Shown here: positions 8,961-18,283 of the stretch, in pieces | Numbering within the stretch: position 1 is the first letter of the stretch | Layout: every line of letters begins with the position of its first letter | Source: Candidatus Omnitrophota bacterium | Lineage (GTDB): Bacteria > Omnitrophota > Gorgyraeia > Gygaellales > Profunditerraquicolaceae | DNA length: 64,000 nucleotides | Assembly (NCBI GenBank): GCA_041662125.1 | Contig: JBAZTA010000006.1 | Location: forward strand, 5,699-69,698 | Direction: 5' to 3' | Notes under the pieces: model-generated | What the model was told of the DNA's origin: nothing | The model's database searches: none | Seen by the model: only the letters and a program-made list of their open reading frames with translations | Program-made: the position numbers and the translations under genes

Positions 8961-10175
8961 TTAACGTCTCAGCGTTTTTACCATATCAAAAATAGGCATA
9001 AGCATTGCTGCCATAATCATTCCAACCATAGACCCCATAACAACTAAAAATATCGGTTCGATAAGAGTGGTTAATTTCTTGACTGCATAGCCTACGCTGA
9101 TATCATAAAAATCGGCGATTTTATTAAGCATCTCGACTAAACTTCCGCTTTCCTCTCCTACTGAAACCATTTGAACGACATTTGCGGGAAATTCACCGCT
9201 TATTTTCATCGGCTCAGCCATCCGCTCGCCTTTCTCAACACTTTTTCGTATGTCTACAATAGCACGCATCAGTATTTCATTCTCAATCACCTCCTTGGTC
9301 AGATCCAATGCCCCCAAAATAGGAACCCCGCTTCCTAAAAGAGTAGCTAATGTCCTTGTAAATCGTGAAATATATACTTTTCGGTATAACGGGCCGATGA
9401 CATACATGCGCAACTTTAATTTGTCACGCAAATATGAACCCTGCGTTGTCCCCAAATAGTATCGTAGAGCAACCAACAGGCCAATAAAAAACATAACGAA
9501 TAAATACCAGAAACTTTTAAGAGCTATACCGGTTTTATATACGATTAATGTAGGGAGAGGCAGTTTGAGCCCCGCCCTTACATATATCTCGGAAAACTGA
9601 GGCATGATAAAGGTAACGACAAAAAGCATAACTGCAATTCCCGCGCAAAGAAGTATCATGGGATAAAAAAGCGCGCCAGTAATCTTTTCCTTAATGTCAT
9701 GTTGTTGTTCAAAGAAATGAGCATACCGCATCAAAACAACATCTAATTTCCCGCTTTTTTCACCTGAATTTATCATATTCACGAAAAGCTTACTAAATAT
9801 TCCTGGATACATTGCAAAAGCCGCAGAAAGATGACGCCCCGATTCAACCTGCCTGCCAACATTATCAATTGCCTCTTTTAAGCTTTTGTTTTCTATCTGT
9901 TTCGAGAGTGTATTCAGGCTCGCTAAAATGGTTATACCGGCATTAATAAGATTGGACAGCTGAAAATAAAACATAAGCATATCAGTGGAATTAATCCATT
10001 TAAATTTACCGAATATGCTTCCCGCCTGGCTTACTGCCGAAACTTCAGAAACATAGGTCGTCATATAGTTCAGCTTATGAAGTTCAGCAATGAGCGCTTG
10101 TTTGTTTGCAACCTCCATAGTACCTTTAACAGATTTACCGGCTGAATCTCTGGCTTTGTAATTGTAAAACGGCAT
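8961..10175 (-). CDS. pilC: type IV pilus platform protein PilC (GspF family)
   Basis: Two GspF repeats plus 3 TM helices. Start trimmed to ATG 10175 (MPFYNYKA...), which has AGGAGG 4 nt upstream; the longer ORF-track start runs through a repeat element. Confidence 0.85.
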   Translation of the reverse strand: MPFYNYKARDSAGKSVKGTMEVANKQALIAELHKLNYMTTYVSEVSAVSQAGSIFGKFKWINSTDMLMFYFQLSNLINAGITILASLNTLSKQIENKSLKEAIDNVGRQVESGRHLSAAFAMYPGIFSKLFVNMINSGEKSGKLDVVLMRYAHFFEQQHDIKEKITGALFYPMILLCAGIAVMLFVVTFIMPQFSEIYVRAGLKLPLPTLIVYKTGIALKSFWYLFVMFFIGLLVALRYYLGTTQGSYLRDKLKLRMYVIGPLYRKVYISRFTRTLATLLGSGVPILGALDLTKEVIENEILMRAIVDIRKSVEKGERMAEPMKISGEFPANVVQMVSVGEESGSLVEMLNKIADFYDISVGYAVKKLTTLIEPIFLVVMGSMVGMIMAAMLMPIFDMVKTLRR

Positions 10176-10187
10176 CAAACCTCCTGC

Positions 10188-10256
10188 CGCAGAAAGCGGC
10201 ACACCTGCGCAATACCTATTAAGCGCAGGGTGTAAGCAGTAAACGAAACACATCGC
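10188..10256. repeat. REP-like hairpin unit inside the pilC 5'UTR
   Basis: On the sense strand: CACCCTGCGC-ttaataggtatt-GCGCAGGTGTG then CCGCTTTCTGCGG, directly followed by the SD CAGGAGG. Confidence 0.6.
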
Positions 10257-10350
10257 TGTAAATATATCCTACTGTTTAACTTATCGGCATTACACCGTAT
10301 TTACTTTAGCAAAATTTTCGCTCAAAAAAACAATCAGTAGCGTATGAACA

Positions 10351-10398
10351 AGGCATAAAATAAGAAAGGCCGTGATCGATACTACCAATCACAGCCTT
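10351..10398 (-). terminator. terminator-like hairpin downstream of the giant ORF
   Basis: AAGGCCGTGAT-11nt-ATCACAGCCTT (11-bp stem, one mismatch) with T-runs on both sides, 30 nt after the stop at 10432. Confidence 0.45.
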
Positions 10399-10431
10399 CT
10401 TTTATAGCTATTCGCTAAAATTAAGCCTTAG

Positions 10432-13400
10432 TTATGTGGAGAACTTAGAATCAACAAGCACTAAAGCTTCTTTTATCTCAATCGGAAGGTCGTCAAGCGG
10501 CTCATTAGCTTCCTGCCACTGACAGATCTCAACTAATGCCACGATTAAATCGTTCAAATAGGTGTTTACATCACCTTTTTGCATACATGCGGCCATAAAT
10601 TCTTTGATCCGCTGGCCAGAAACCACAATACCGCTATCAGCCATATTTTTGATCTGTATCATTTCATCAGCAAGGTTCATCTTATCAAGTGCTGCCTGGC
10701 TCAATACCGGAAGGGTAAAATTCAATCCATTAAAACTCCCCATGGGTTTAATCACCAATGTCCTGTCAATGCCGCCAGCGAAATCAATACCACCTTTTTT
10801 AAACGGCGGCTCACCAGTCTTTATAATAGGAGATGCTGAAGCAGAACCTTTCTGTTCCTGATCATTAGCTGGATCGTTAGTTTTTGCAGCAGGCTCAAAC
10901 TGCTCAAGCGGCAGCTGCGGATCAACTCTGAGAAGCTCGAGCACCTTTTGACGTTGCTCTGCAGGCAAACGCCCTAATAATGGGTACAACGCGTTTAATT
11001 GTTTATCTTGTTTTTGTTTTAACTCACTTTTCAATAAATCTTTAGCTGGCTGAGTTAAATCAGCATCATTGATCTTTTGCGTTACTTCCGCGACATATGC
11101 GTCAATATCTTGAATGCTTGATTGAGGAACAAGAGCGATCTCTGAGCGTATTGCTGCCCTCGCCTTGCGGGCTGCCTCTTGAAGTTTGCTCTTTTGAAGC
11201 GCTGCTTCTTTTTCTTCAGCAGAAAATACCGGTTTTGTCGCATTCTGATATGCTGCTGCCACCTTTTTTATGAGCTCTTCTTTCTTAGCATCAGGTAAGA
11301 CTGAATCAGCGATCAAACCTTCAATCAAAGCTTTGGTTTGCTCTACTGCAATAGTATCCCTGCCGCTGCCTGGTACATACGTTAACAGATCATTGAGCCA
11401 ATCATTTATCTCATTATTTTCCCGGATGGCTCTTATTTGACGAATAGCTTCCTTGACAGCACTTTTTTCATCTTCATTCAGCGTTTCCCCCTCTTTCCCA
11501 TCTAAGGCCTCGCTTGCTAAATCATACGCTGCCCTAACATCTTCCGGCCGTGAGGCTGCGGACATTTCCTGCGCTAAATCTTTTATCGTCTCAGGAGTAT
11601 TCCCCGGGATCACTACACCTAATATCACTATTCCTGTTTCTTTCATTGCAGCTTTTGCGGCTTGCCGCTGTTTAGCTTGTTCAATAGCTTGCGCTGCTGC
11701 TCCGCGGATGATCTCTTCTATGGCTGCGCGGTTATCAATTGTTCTCCCGTCGATTACCATAGTCTTAATCGGCCCTTTATTTCCATGTAATATCTGCAAA
11801 GCATTCTTTTGCGCATCCAAGATCTGCTGTTCGTTCCTGTTTTTGGTAAACATATTGTTAACAATCCGCTTGATCTCTTTATTAGCCTTATGTTTATCTA
11901 ATTCCTTCATCCAATTTCGTGGAGCCGAAACTTTTACCGTACGTTTTTCATCAGTACCTGGCATTAATTCAGCTTTGCGCTTCTGGACAGCTTCATCAAT
12001 GGCTTTCATTATTACATCCGCAGCTTCTTGCGTCAGCAATTCATCAGCGACATCCCTTCCCAATAGCGTTGCTGCAGAATCCCTGATTTGTGTCACATCC
12101 TCAACTGTTTGGGCTTCATTAATGCCCTGTATCATTGTTAAAGCAAGCGGCGGTAATCCTTCTGCCAAAGATGCGCCAGCATTATCTGAACCCGGAGTAT
12201 TGACAACCTTATCCACAGCCGGAGCTTTATTTTCTCCCTCGCCTTCCTGCTTTTTATCTTTCCACAATCCAAGGCCTCTCCAAAAATCAGCAACAACAGC
12301 AATGCCTCCCCGGATCATCGCCTTAAACGGATTAACCGTTACCATCTGGTCAGTTGCATCACTTACCGTACGCACTGCCTGAAAAAATACTTCTTTCAAA
12401 AGCCCTGTCTTCTCACCCATCAAAGCCCAAACGCTTGAGCCGCGCCTGGCATGTAAATAAGAAAAAAGCGCGTTGGTCCTATTTTTGGCCGCTCCCAATC
12501 GAGGATCATTAAGCAAAAGGTTTAATATCTTTTCCACCTTTTGTGCTTGAGTCAATCCGTGGTCACGATAAATCCCTAACACATCCTGCAAAATAAGATT
12601 AAAAGTCTTACCATCAACATTCAGATACCCTTTATAGTACTTTGTAAAATAATTCATGAACCGAGCTAACGCCTGCGGATCAGCAGGATTAGTTAAACGT
12701 TCTCCAAATACTGCGATTAAATTTCTTTTTATTGCGGAAGTATTCCATATTGCCTCAAGTAAGGATTTCTCCAAATCATTGGTCACACCATTTACTTTCT
12801 TAATCCCGCTTGTCTTACAGTAATCCCTTACGATATGCCATACCGTAGGCTGTTTAACTCCGGGATTACCCACCTGCGCTTCAAAATACGCTTTAAATTG
12901 AGCCGCTTTACCAGGCCCAAGCAAGCGCAGTATTTCAGCGTTAAATCCCTGATCTTGCCATAATGCCGCAACAAATTGATCCTGCCAGTTGCTTACGTTT
13001 ATTTGCGCGAGAGTGACATCTCCTATGTATTGTTTAAGCGCATCAGCAATCGTATGGTTAGACATTCGTGAGACATCAACTAATTCAATTAGTTTTGCTA
13101 AATCCATCCCTCCGGCATTGCCTGAGAAAACATAAGCGATCGTTTCCTGGGTTTGCGCGGCGCTTATTCCCTTACTGATCAAAAACTGCTCCAAAAGAGC
13201 CTTATTATTCAACGCACTATAATGCTGCGCCATCAAAGTACCAAAATCCGCAGTTACGGCCTTAAATTCTATTTGCGCGTGAGTTGTATCTTCTAAGAAT
13301 TTCCGAAAAGCATTGGCGATCCTGGTATCAGGACTATTGATAAATTCCGCCAATTTATTGGTATTAAGTGTTCCCGGAGCCGGAGCCAGTTGGCTGATAA

Positions 13401-16400
13401 GATTGCTGCCATCGGTTATCCCAGCGTCGCTTAAAACCCGCGCCAATGTCCCCGAACTAATCTTAGCAAGAATATTTGATTTCTGCGTTGCCAGGAAATT
13501 CAACAAAGTATTCGTGGTAGTTGATCCAGGAGTAGGCGCAAACCATGACAGGCCTGCCAATAGTGTCGCCGGGATCAATTTCATTGCCAGAGGAATAATT
13601 ACAAAACTGGTTACACCAAATACAACCCCTCCGACTGCCAAAGCAAAAACAACCTTCACCGCAATTTCTTTTCTTTTAGCGGAGTTATACGCCTGAGTAT
13701 CTATTACGTCTGCCCTTGATATTTTAGTTTGAGCGCGGGCCATTTTAATCTCATCAGTTGTCAGCGCAAGATCCCGCATTACTTGATTAACCGCATCCCA
13801 AAGTTCTTTCCTTAAAGCCTCATCGCTTTTTGTTTCATGTGAATACTTGAATAAGGTTATTGATTGCCTGCTCTGTTGCTCCTGTTCCTGCAATTCCTGA
13901 TAATCTAATATCTTGCCAATTAATGCCAAAGCCTTATCTTTATCAGTGCCAACAGCCTGTAATTCTTCAATCGTCTTGGCAACATCCAGCTTCTGGGCTA
14001 ATGTTGCTTCTAACTTTTTATCTAATCCTGTGCGCTCCTGATTTGAGCGGCCTAAAAGGCCCATGTTATCACGCAACTCAGCCTGGATCTTACTTTGATT
14101 GACTTCCGTATTAGCCCTCAGCGCTGTTATGATCAACCCTGCGGCGATCGCAGGCACTGCAACAGGCCAACCTGCTAACCCGAGGCTGACGATTTTAACT
14201 ATACCGAATATGACTGCCCCATAACCTAAAATACTGATACCGGAGGTAACAATAAACGGAGTAGTCAACGGCCCGAATATACGGCTGCGCTGCATTACAT
14301 TCATAACAGCGGCAATAGCGCGGTTCCACCTGCCGGCAATCTCCGGAGTTTTGATCGCAACATCTTCACCATCAGACAAATCGACAGAAAGCGCGATATC
14401 ATTTGTCGCAAGCGAAGAAGTATCCCGGTTACTCCACCCAGCTTTCATAGTGCGCGCTGCCTGCAAAAGATTGCTCCCTAAAACATCACGGTCTTTATTC
14501 TTGCCGAAAATATCAAGGAGCCGTTGAGTAAAAGCGAAATCATCGACATTATTTTTTATGTAATCAACAAAAAGTTGTTTTATGTCTTCCAGTTGAGTCC
14601 CGGTTACCGGCGTGGTACCCACAGCCTTACCCGTCAATTGACCGTATACATTTTCCTGGATGGTATCGGCAAAAGCAGCCAACATATCGATAAATTGTTC
14701 CGGCGACTCCATATTTCTTAAAAGTCCCACTGCGACATTACGGTCTCCCAGCATATTCTCTAATTCTGTAATTAAGGCATTCAACTCATTTCTGGCTTCC
14801 GCGCTATTCCAGTTATTTATTATGGAGACTAACCTTGTTTGATATTCAGTGGCAAATTTTTCCCTCAGAGGTGCTGCCCTGAAGCGGGAAAAAGCTCTTT
14901 TCATTAATTTTGACCAAAAACCGCCTGTCTGCAAAGAGGCATTAAAACGTTCCTCGGCAAATGCTTGAGCAATGCTTCTGACTTTATGGATAGCGTTAAG
15001 AACTGTAGCTTTTACCGTAGTCCCGCCCGAACCATTATTACCCGTATCATCTTCTGTCTTTTTAGCTACAGCTAAAAGCTCTTCGTTATGTTTTACAATA
15101 ACAGGCTCATCGATCCCTTTTTGTTTACTTTCCACCAATCCGCTCAAACCTTCTCTGGTAGATGGCGATAAGGTGACCTTTAATTTATCTTCTATCCTTT
15201 TAATTACCTCTGCGGCATCAGGAGCTGCAGATTTCATTAATGGCGCGCCTTCAGTAACCCCTTCTACCTCCGGGCTCTGAAGTATCTCTAAGAGTTTTTC
15301 AATCAAATGCCCAATCTCTTTGGTCATTTCATTCGCTACTGTATACGGTGAAGGTGTAGGCTCATTCAACGTATCTATGAGCTTTCCCTGATCTAAGATT
15401 TTTATTAATTCTGCTTTTAGTTGGTCTAAAACTTCTTTTTTCTCAGCCTGGCTTATTCCCGGTTGCATTACCTGTTCGACCAATTTCCTCATTCCTTGAA
15501 GAGGCGCCATAAATGCCATAGGAAATTTCTGAACTTCTTTCTTATTTAAATAGCTATCGATAACTTCCAGCAGCTGCTTACCTGTAACAACGAAATCTTC
15601 TCCTGCTTGCGCGGCTTCTACGGCAGGCTGCATATAGGTGGGCATCGCGGCAATGGTAACACCTGTGGCATCATCAGTGACATTGACCACATCAAGAGCG
15701 TCCCGCACCGCATCATGCGCAAGCTGTTGCGCTGCTTCAGGGGGGACCCCTTGAGTCTCTAAATCAGAAACTAAACCATCAATAAGATCATAATAGTTAA
15801 TTGCCCCACGGACAAAACAAAGCTGCAGCCAAAAAGATTCTAATTGGTCACCCGGAGACTGCGCCCGCATAATTCCATCTGAATAGTGAGGATCCTTAAA
15901 AGGGTGCTTTAAAAAACCGGTGTTTTCTGATGTGGAAAGATTGGGAACCGCGTATTTTGCAGCATAACTATTCTTTATCGCTTCCCTTACCTGCTGCCTC
16001 CATTGCTCAATATTAAGCCCCGGTAAGATCTGTTGTTTTATCCCGCTTTCCTGCACTAACCCATGGATTTCGATCTTCGGATTTATCATTTTCGTAAGAA
16101 CAGCCAAGAATGGCGGAAAGGTGCAATAACCGCTGTCCACAAACATGACCTTTTCGGCGCTGGCGATCCCGAGAGATTGTAATTCTTTCTGGATTTGTTC
16201 GATCTTATCTTTAAAGTTTTTATCCTGAAGCATTTTATTTTTTATAAACTGTTCGAATTTAAGATAAAATTCTTCGCGTGTAACCCCGGGCGTATTCGCT
16301 ATTGATTGAATCGCACTCTTTATCTCACTATAAAAATCTTTAAAGGTCGCGTTTCTGCCGCTGATATAATACAAGAAAGCATCAACGTCTCCCTGAATAA

Positions 16401-18030
16401 TAAGATTTAAGGTATTATGCGCTGAAGCAAGTAACCCCGAATCCCGGGGAATACCTACAACTCTAAAGGCTCCATTCTGGTAAAAAAACATTTCTTCGCC
16501 GTTCCAGGCTGCCATAGCAGAGGCGTAATGCTGCTGGCTGGAGCCGTTATTGACCCTACTTATCAGTTCATTCACCTGATTTTCAACTTGAGTTCTTTGT
16601 TGAGGGTGTTTGGCGATCAGAATGTCTGCAATTTCTTTGATTGCTTTTTCATGGATATCGTTTAAGAATTGCTCCCGTTCTGCTAAAGTCATTTCTCCAT
16701 CTTTGACCTTCTGCCTTAAGGCGACCATTTCCTGGGCATAGCCGGATATTACCTGCCAATAAACCTTCTGCAATTCCTCCTGAGTAATAACCTCATCCTC
16801 TTGCTTTATAAGTTCAGGTAATGCTATCGGGCTTCCCGCGGTTGAGCCCTCTTGAGAATTACCAGCTATTCTCTGGTCAAGTAAACTACGTTGCCCATTA
16901 CCAGAAGTTGTTATTTCAGGGCCATTGATGCCCAACTCCATCAACTCTGTATTCGGCAAACGAGCACTTAAGGGACTGGCTCCCTGAAGGCCATTTATCG
17001 AAATATTTTTCGTAACATCAATTCCTCCGCTGAAATAACTGCGGATCACCTGGCCGGTAGGAGTATAAACAGGCTCTTTAATATTGTATTCACCTTCAGC
17101 AAATGATTTTTTGTAAGCCTCAAAATAAGTATTCTTGGCCCAATTACCCTTGGAGATTAAATTACTGAGGTCTCTTTTGTCGATACGCGCGGCATAGCTT
17201 GAATTTTGTCCTGCAAAACGTATCTTAAACCAGCGCGATAAAACAAGCGAATAATACACCTGGCGTAACGCGGCATAGCGTTTGGAAGCATTAACCTCTT
17301 TAGTTAATTTAGGTATGATGATCTCGCGGATAAGCTCTGAAGAATATTCATTCAATGCCTTTGCCCGTTCATCTTTAAAATTGTATTGTGTTGAATCCTT
17401 TAAATAATCCTGCTCCAGCATGACCTTGAGCGTGGCTTTATATATATAAGCGCTATCCTGGGCCTCACGGACAATGATCTCATTCGGGACGATCCAAGGC
17501 CGGGTCAGTGTAGGAATATTGACATTTTCCATCCCATATATTTCTGCCGCTTTTTTATATAATTTATCCCAATAAAGCTTTCCTTCAGAAGTTTCCGGAG
17601 AGGTAAAGAGTGCGGTATCTTTTTTAAGCTGTAGATCAGCTTCGAGCATGATCTTGCCAACATCAGTATTCTCAAGGTCTTTATCTATGATCTCATCAGA
17701 AGCATCAGGCCTTAAGTTAACCCAAAAAGTACTATTCGGAAGGCTTAAGCCTATTAAAAAGTAATCTATAAGGACCTTAGTTGTATCCTGGAGTTGGATA
17801 CCGGCAACATCTTTACTGTCTCCCTTATCCAAAAGAACCCTGATATTATTGTTTCCAGCGTCATAAGAAAAATAACGCAGGTGCATTGGCCGGAATTTAT
17901 CAATGACAAGATTAGAATTCATCTTGTGCAAATAACCGCCCACATTAAGTTCAGCGGCAACTTGCGCAAAACCTAATTGCTGAAACAATAAACTGAAGCT
18001 TATAACTATTGCCAGAATTCGACGGACCAT
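10432..18030 (-). CDS. giant 2,532-aa secreted/membrane-inserting protein of unknown function
   Basis: Uninterrupted 7,599-nt ORF. SD AAGGAGA lies 8 nt upstream. N-terminal Sec signal 'MVRRILAIVISFSLLFQQLGFAQVAA'. Two hydrophobic hairpins (about aa 1170-1225 and 1395-1445) separate an N-terminal ~1,150-aa domain from a K/E/A/Q-rich coiled-coil C-terminal ~1,080 aa. No motif I can assign to a known family. Confidence 0.85.
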   Translation of the reverse strand: MVRRILAIVISFSLLFQQLGFAQVAAELNVGGYLHKMNSNLVIDKFRPMHLRYFSYDAGNNNIRVLLDKGDSKDVAGIQLQDTTKVLIDYFLIGLSLPNSTFWVNLRPDASDEIIDKDLENTDVGKIMLEADLQLKKDTALFTSPETSEGKLYWDKLYKKAAEIYGMENVNIPTLTRPWIVPNEIIVREAQDSAYIYKATLKVMLEQDYLKDSTQYNFKDERAKALNEYSSELIREIIIPKLTKEVNASKRYAALRQVYYSLVLSRWFKIRFAGQNSSYAARIDKRDLSNLISKGNWAKNTYFEAYKKSFAEGEYNIKEPVYTPTGQVIRSYFSGGIDVTKNISINGLQGASPLSARLPNTELMELGINGPEITTSGNGQRSLLDQRIAGNSQEGSTAGSPIALPELIKQEDEVITQEELQKVYWQVISGYAQEMVALRQKVKDGEMTLAEREQFLNDIHEKAIKEIADILIAKHPQQRTQVENQVNELISRVNNGSSQQHYASAMAAWNGEEMFFYQNGAFRVVGIPRDSGLLASAHNTLNLIIQGDVDAFLYYISGRNATFKDFYSEIKSAIQSIANTPGVTREEFYLKFEQFIKNKMLQDKNFKDKIEQIQKELQSLGIASAEKVMFVDSGYCTFPPFLAVLTKMINPKIEIHGLVQESGIKQQILPGLNIEQWRQQVREAIKNSYAAKYAVPNLSTSENTGFLKHPFKDPHYSDGIMRAQSPGDQLESFWLQLCFVRGAINYYDLIDGLVSDLETQGVPPEAAQQLAHDAVRDALDVVNVTDDATGVTIAAMPTYMQPAVEAAQAGEDFVVTGKQLLEVIDSYLNKKEVQKFPMAFMAPLQGMRKLVEQVMQPGISQAEKKEVLDQLKAELIKILDQGKLIDTLNEPTPSPYTVANEMTKEIGHLIEKLLEILQSPEVEGVTEGAPLMKSAAPDAAEVIKRIEDKLKVTLSPSTREGLSGLVESKQKGIDEPVIVKHNEELLAVAKKTEDDTGNNGSGGTTVKATVLNAIHKVRSIAQAFAEERFNASLQTGGFWSKLMKRAFSRFRAAPLREKFATEYQTRLVSIINNWNSAEARNELNALITELENMLGDRNVAVGLLRNMESPEQFIDMLAAFADTIQENVYGQLTGKAVGTTPVTGTQLEDIKQLFVDYIKNNVDDFAFTQRLLDIFGKNKDRDVLGSNLLQAARTMKAGWSNRDTSSLATNDIALSVDLSDGEDVAIKTPEIAGRWNRAIAAVMNVMQRSRIFGPLTTPFIVTSGISILGYGAVIFGIVKIVSLGLAGWPVAVPAIAAGLIITALRANTEVNQSKIQAELRDNMGLLGRSNQERTGLDKKLEATLAQKLDVAKTIEELQAVGTDKDKALALIGKILDYQELQEQEQQSRQSITLFKYSHETKSDEALRKELWDAVNQVMRDLALTTDEIKMARAQTKISRADVIDTQAYNSAKRKEIAVKVVFALAVGGVVFGVTSFVIIPLAMKLIPATLLAGLSWFAPTPGSTTTNTLLNFLATQKSNILAKISSGTLARVLSDAGITDGSNLISQLAPAPGTLNTNKLAEFINSPDTRIANAFRKFLEDTTHAQIEFKAVTADFGTLMAQHYSALNNKALLEQFLISKGISAAQTQETIAYVFSGNAGGMDLAKLIELVDVSRMSNHTIADALKQYIGDVTLAQINVSNWQDQFVAALWQDQGFNAEILRLLGPGKAAQFKAYFEAQVGNPGVKQPTVWHIVRDYCKTSGIKKVNGVTNDLEKSLLEAIWNTSAIKRNLIAVFGERLTNPADPQALARFMNYFTKYYKGYLNVDGKTFNLILQDVLGIYRDHGLTQAQKVEKILNLLLNDPRLGAAKNRTNALFSYLHARRGSSVWALMGEKTGLLKEVFFQAVRTVSDATDQMVTVNPFKAMIRGGIAVVADFWRGLGLWKDKKQEGEGENKAPAVDKVVNTPGSDNAGASLAEGLPPLALTMIQGINEAQTVEDVTQIRDSAATLLGRDVADELLTQEAADVIMKAIDEAVQKRKAELMPGTDEKRTVKVSAPRNWMKELDKHKANKEIKRIVNNMFTKNRNEQQILDAQKNALQILHGNKGPIKTMVIDGRTIDNRAAIEEIIRGAAAQAIEQAKQRQAAKAAMKETGIVILGVVIPGNTPETIKDLAQEMSAASRPEDVRAAYDLASEALDGKEGETLNEDEKSAVKEAIRQIRAIRENNEINDWLNDLLTYVPGSGRDTIAVEQTKALIEGLIADSVLPDAKKEELIKKVAAAYQNATKPVFSAEEKEAALQKSKLQEAARKARAAIRSEIALVPQSSIQDIDAYVAEVTQKINDADLTQPAKDLLKSELKQKQDKQLNALYPLLGRLPAEQRQKVLELLRVDPQLPLEQFEPAAKTNDPANDQEQKGSASASPIIKTGEPPFKKGGIDFAGGIDRTLVIKPMGSFNGLNFTLPVLSQAALDKMNLADEMIQIKNMADSGIVVSGQRIKEFMAACMQKGDVNTYLNDLIVALVEICQWQEANEPLDDLPIEIKEALVLVDSKFST

Positions 18031-18091
18031 TGAATAATCTCCTTTTTTGGGATTTAAAAGTGAAATTTGATAAGAAATAATGTATTATGAT

Positions 18092-18120
18092 AAATATAAC
18101 CTATAAACGGGTGTTTTTCA
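18092..18120 (-). promoter_or_regulatory. candidate sigma70 promoter for the giant ORF
   Basis: Minus strand TTGAAA-17nt-TATATT, about 60 nt upstream of the SD. Confidence 0.3.
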
Positions 18121-18171
18121 AGGCGTTACGAAGGGTTTTTGAAAGCGTTTACACAAAAGCAAGACCCGTGC

Positions 18172-18228
18172 ACGGAAAAAAGACCCGGTCTTGGATTGCA
18201 ATTTCCCGTTATAGATAAGACCGGGTCT
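18172..18228 (-). terminator. Rho-independent terminator after macB
   Basis: Inverted copies AAGACCCGGTCTT and AAGACCGGGTCTT (13-bp stem, 24-nt loop) followed on the minus strand by TTTTTT. Confidence 0.55.
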
Positions 18229-18283
18229 TAAAATGGAAGACTTAAAACTTATTTATTTCTCTTTACCTATATAATAGGTCCTT

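Noticed and set aside
11453-12382. 309-aa plus-strand ORF and several other plus-strand ORFs antisense to the giant gene
   Set aside because: Ser/Ala/Phe-rich low-complexity translations are typical of the antisense strand of a Lys/Glu/Ala-rich coiled-coil gene. No start context. Fully nested in the 7.6-kb minus-strand ORF.
18150-18175. CCGTGCACGG palindrome upstream of the giant ORF as a regulatory site
   Set aside because: The 4-bp arms with a 2-nt centre are too short to distinguish from chance. It lies inside the macB terminator region.
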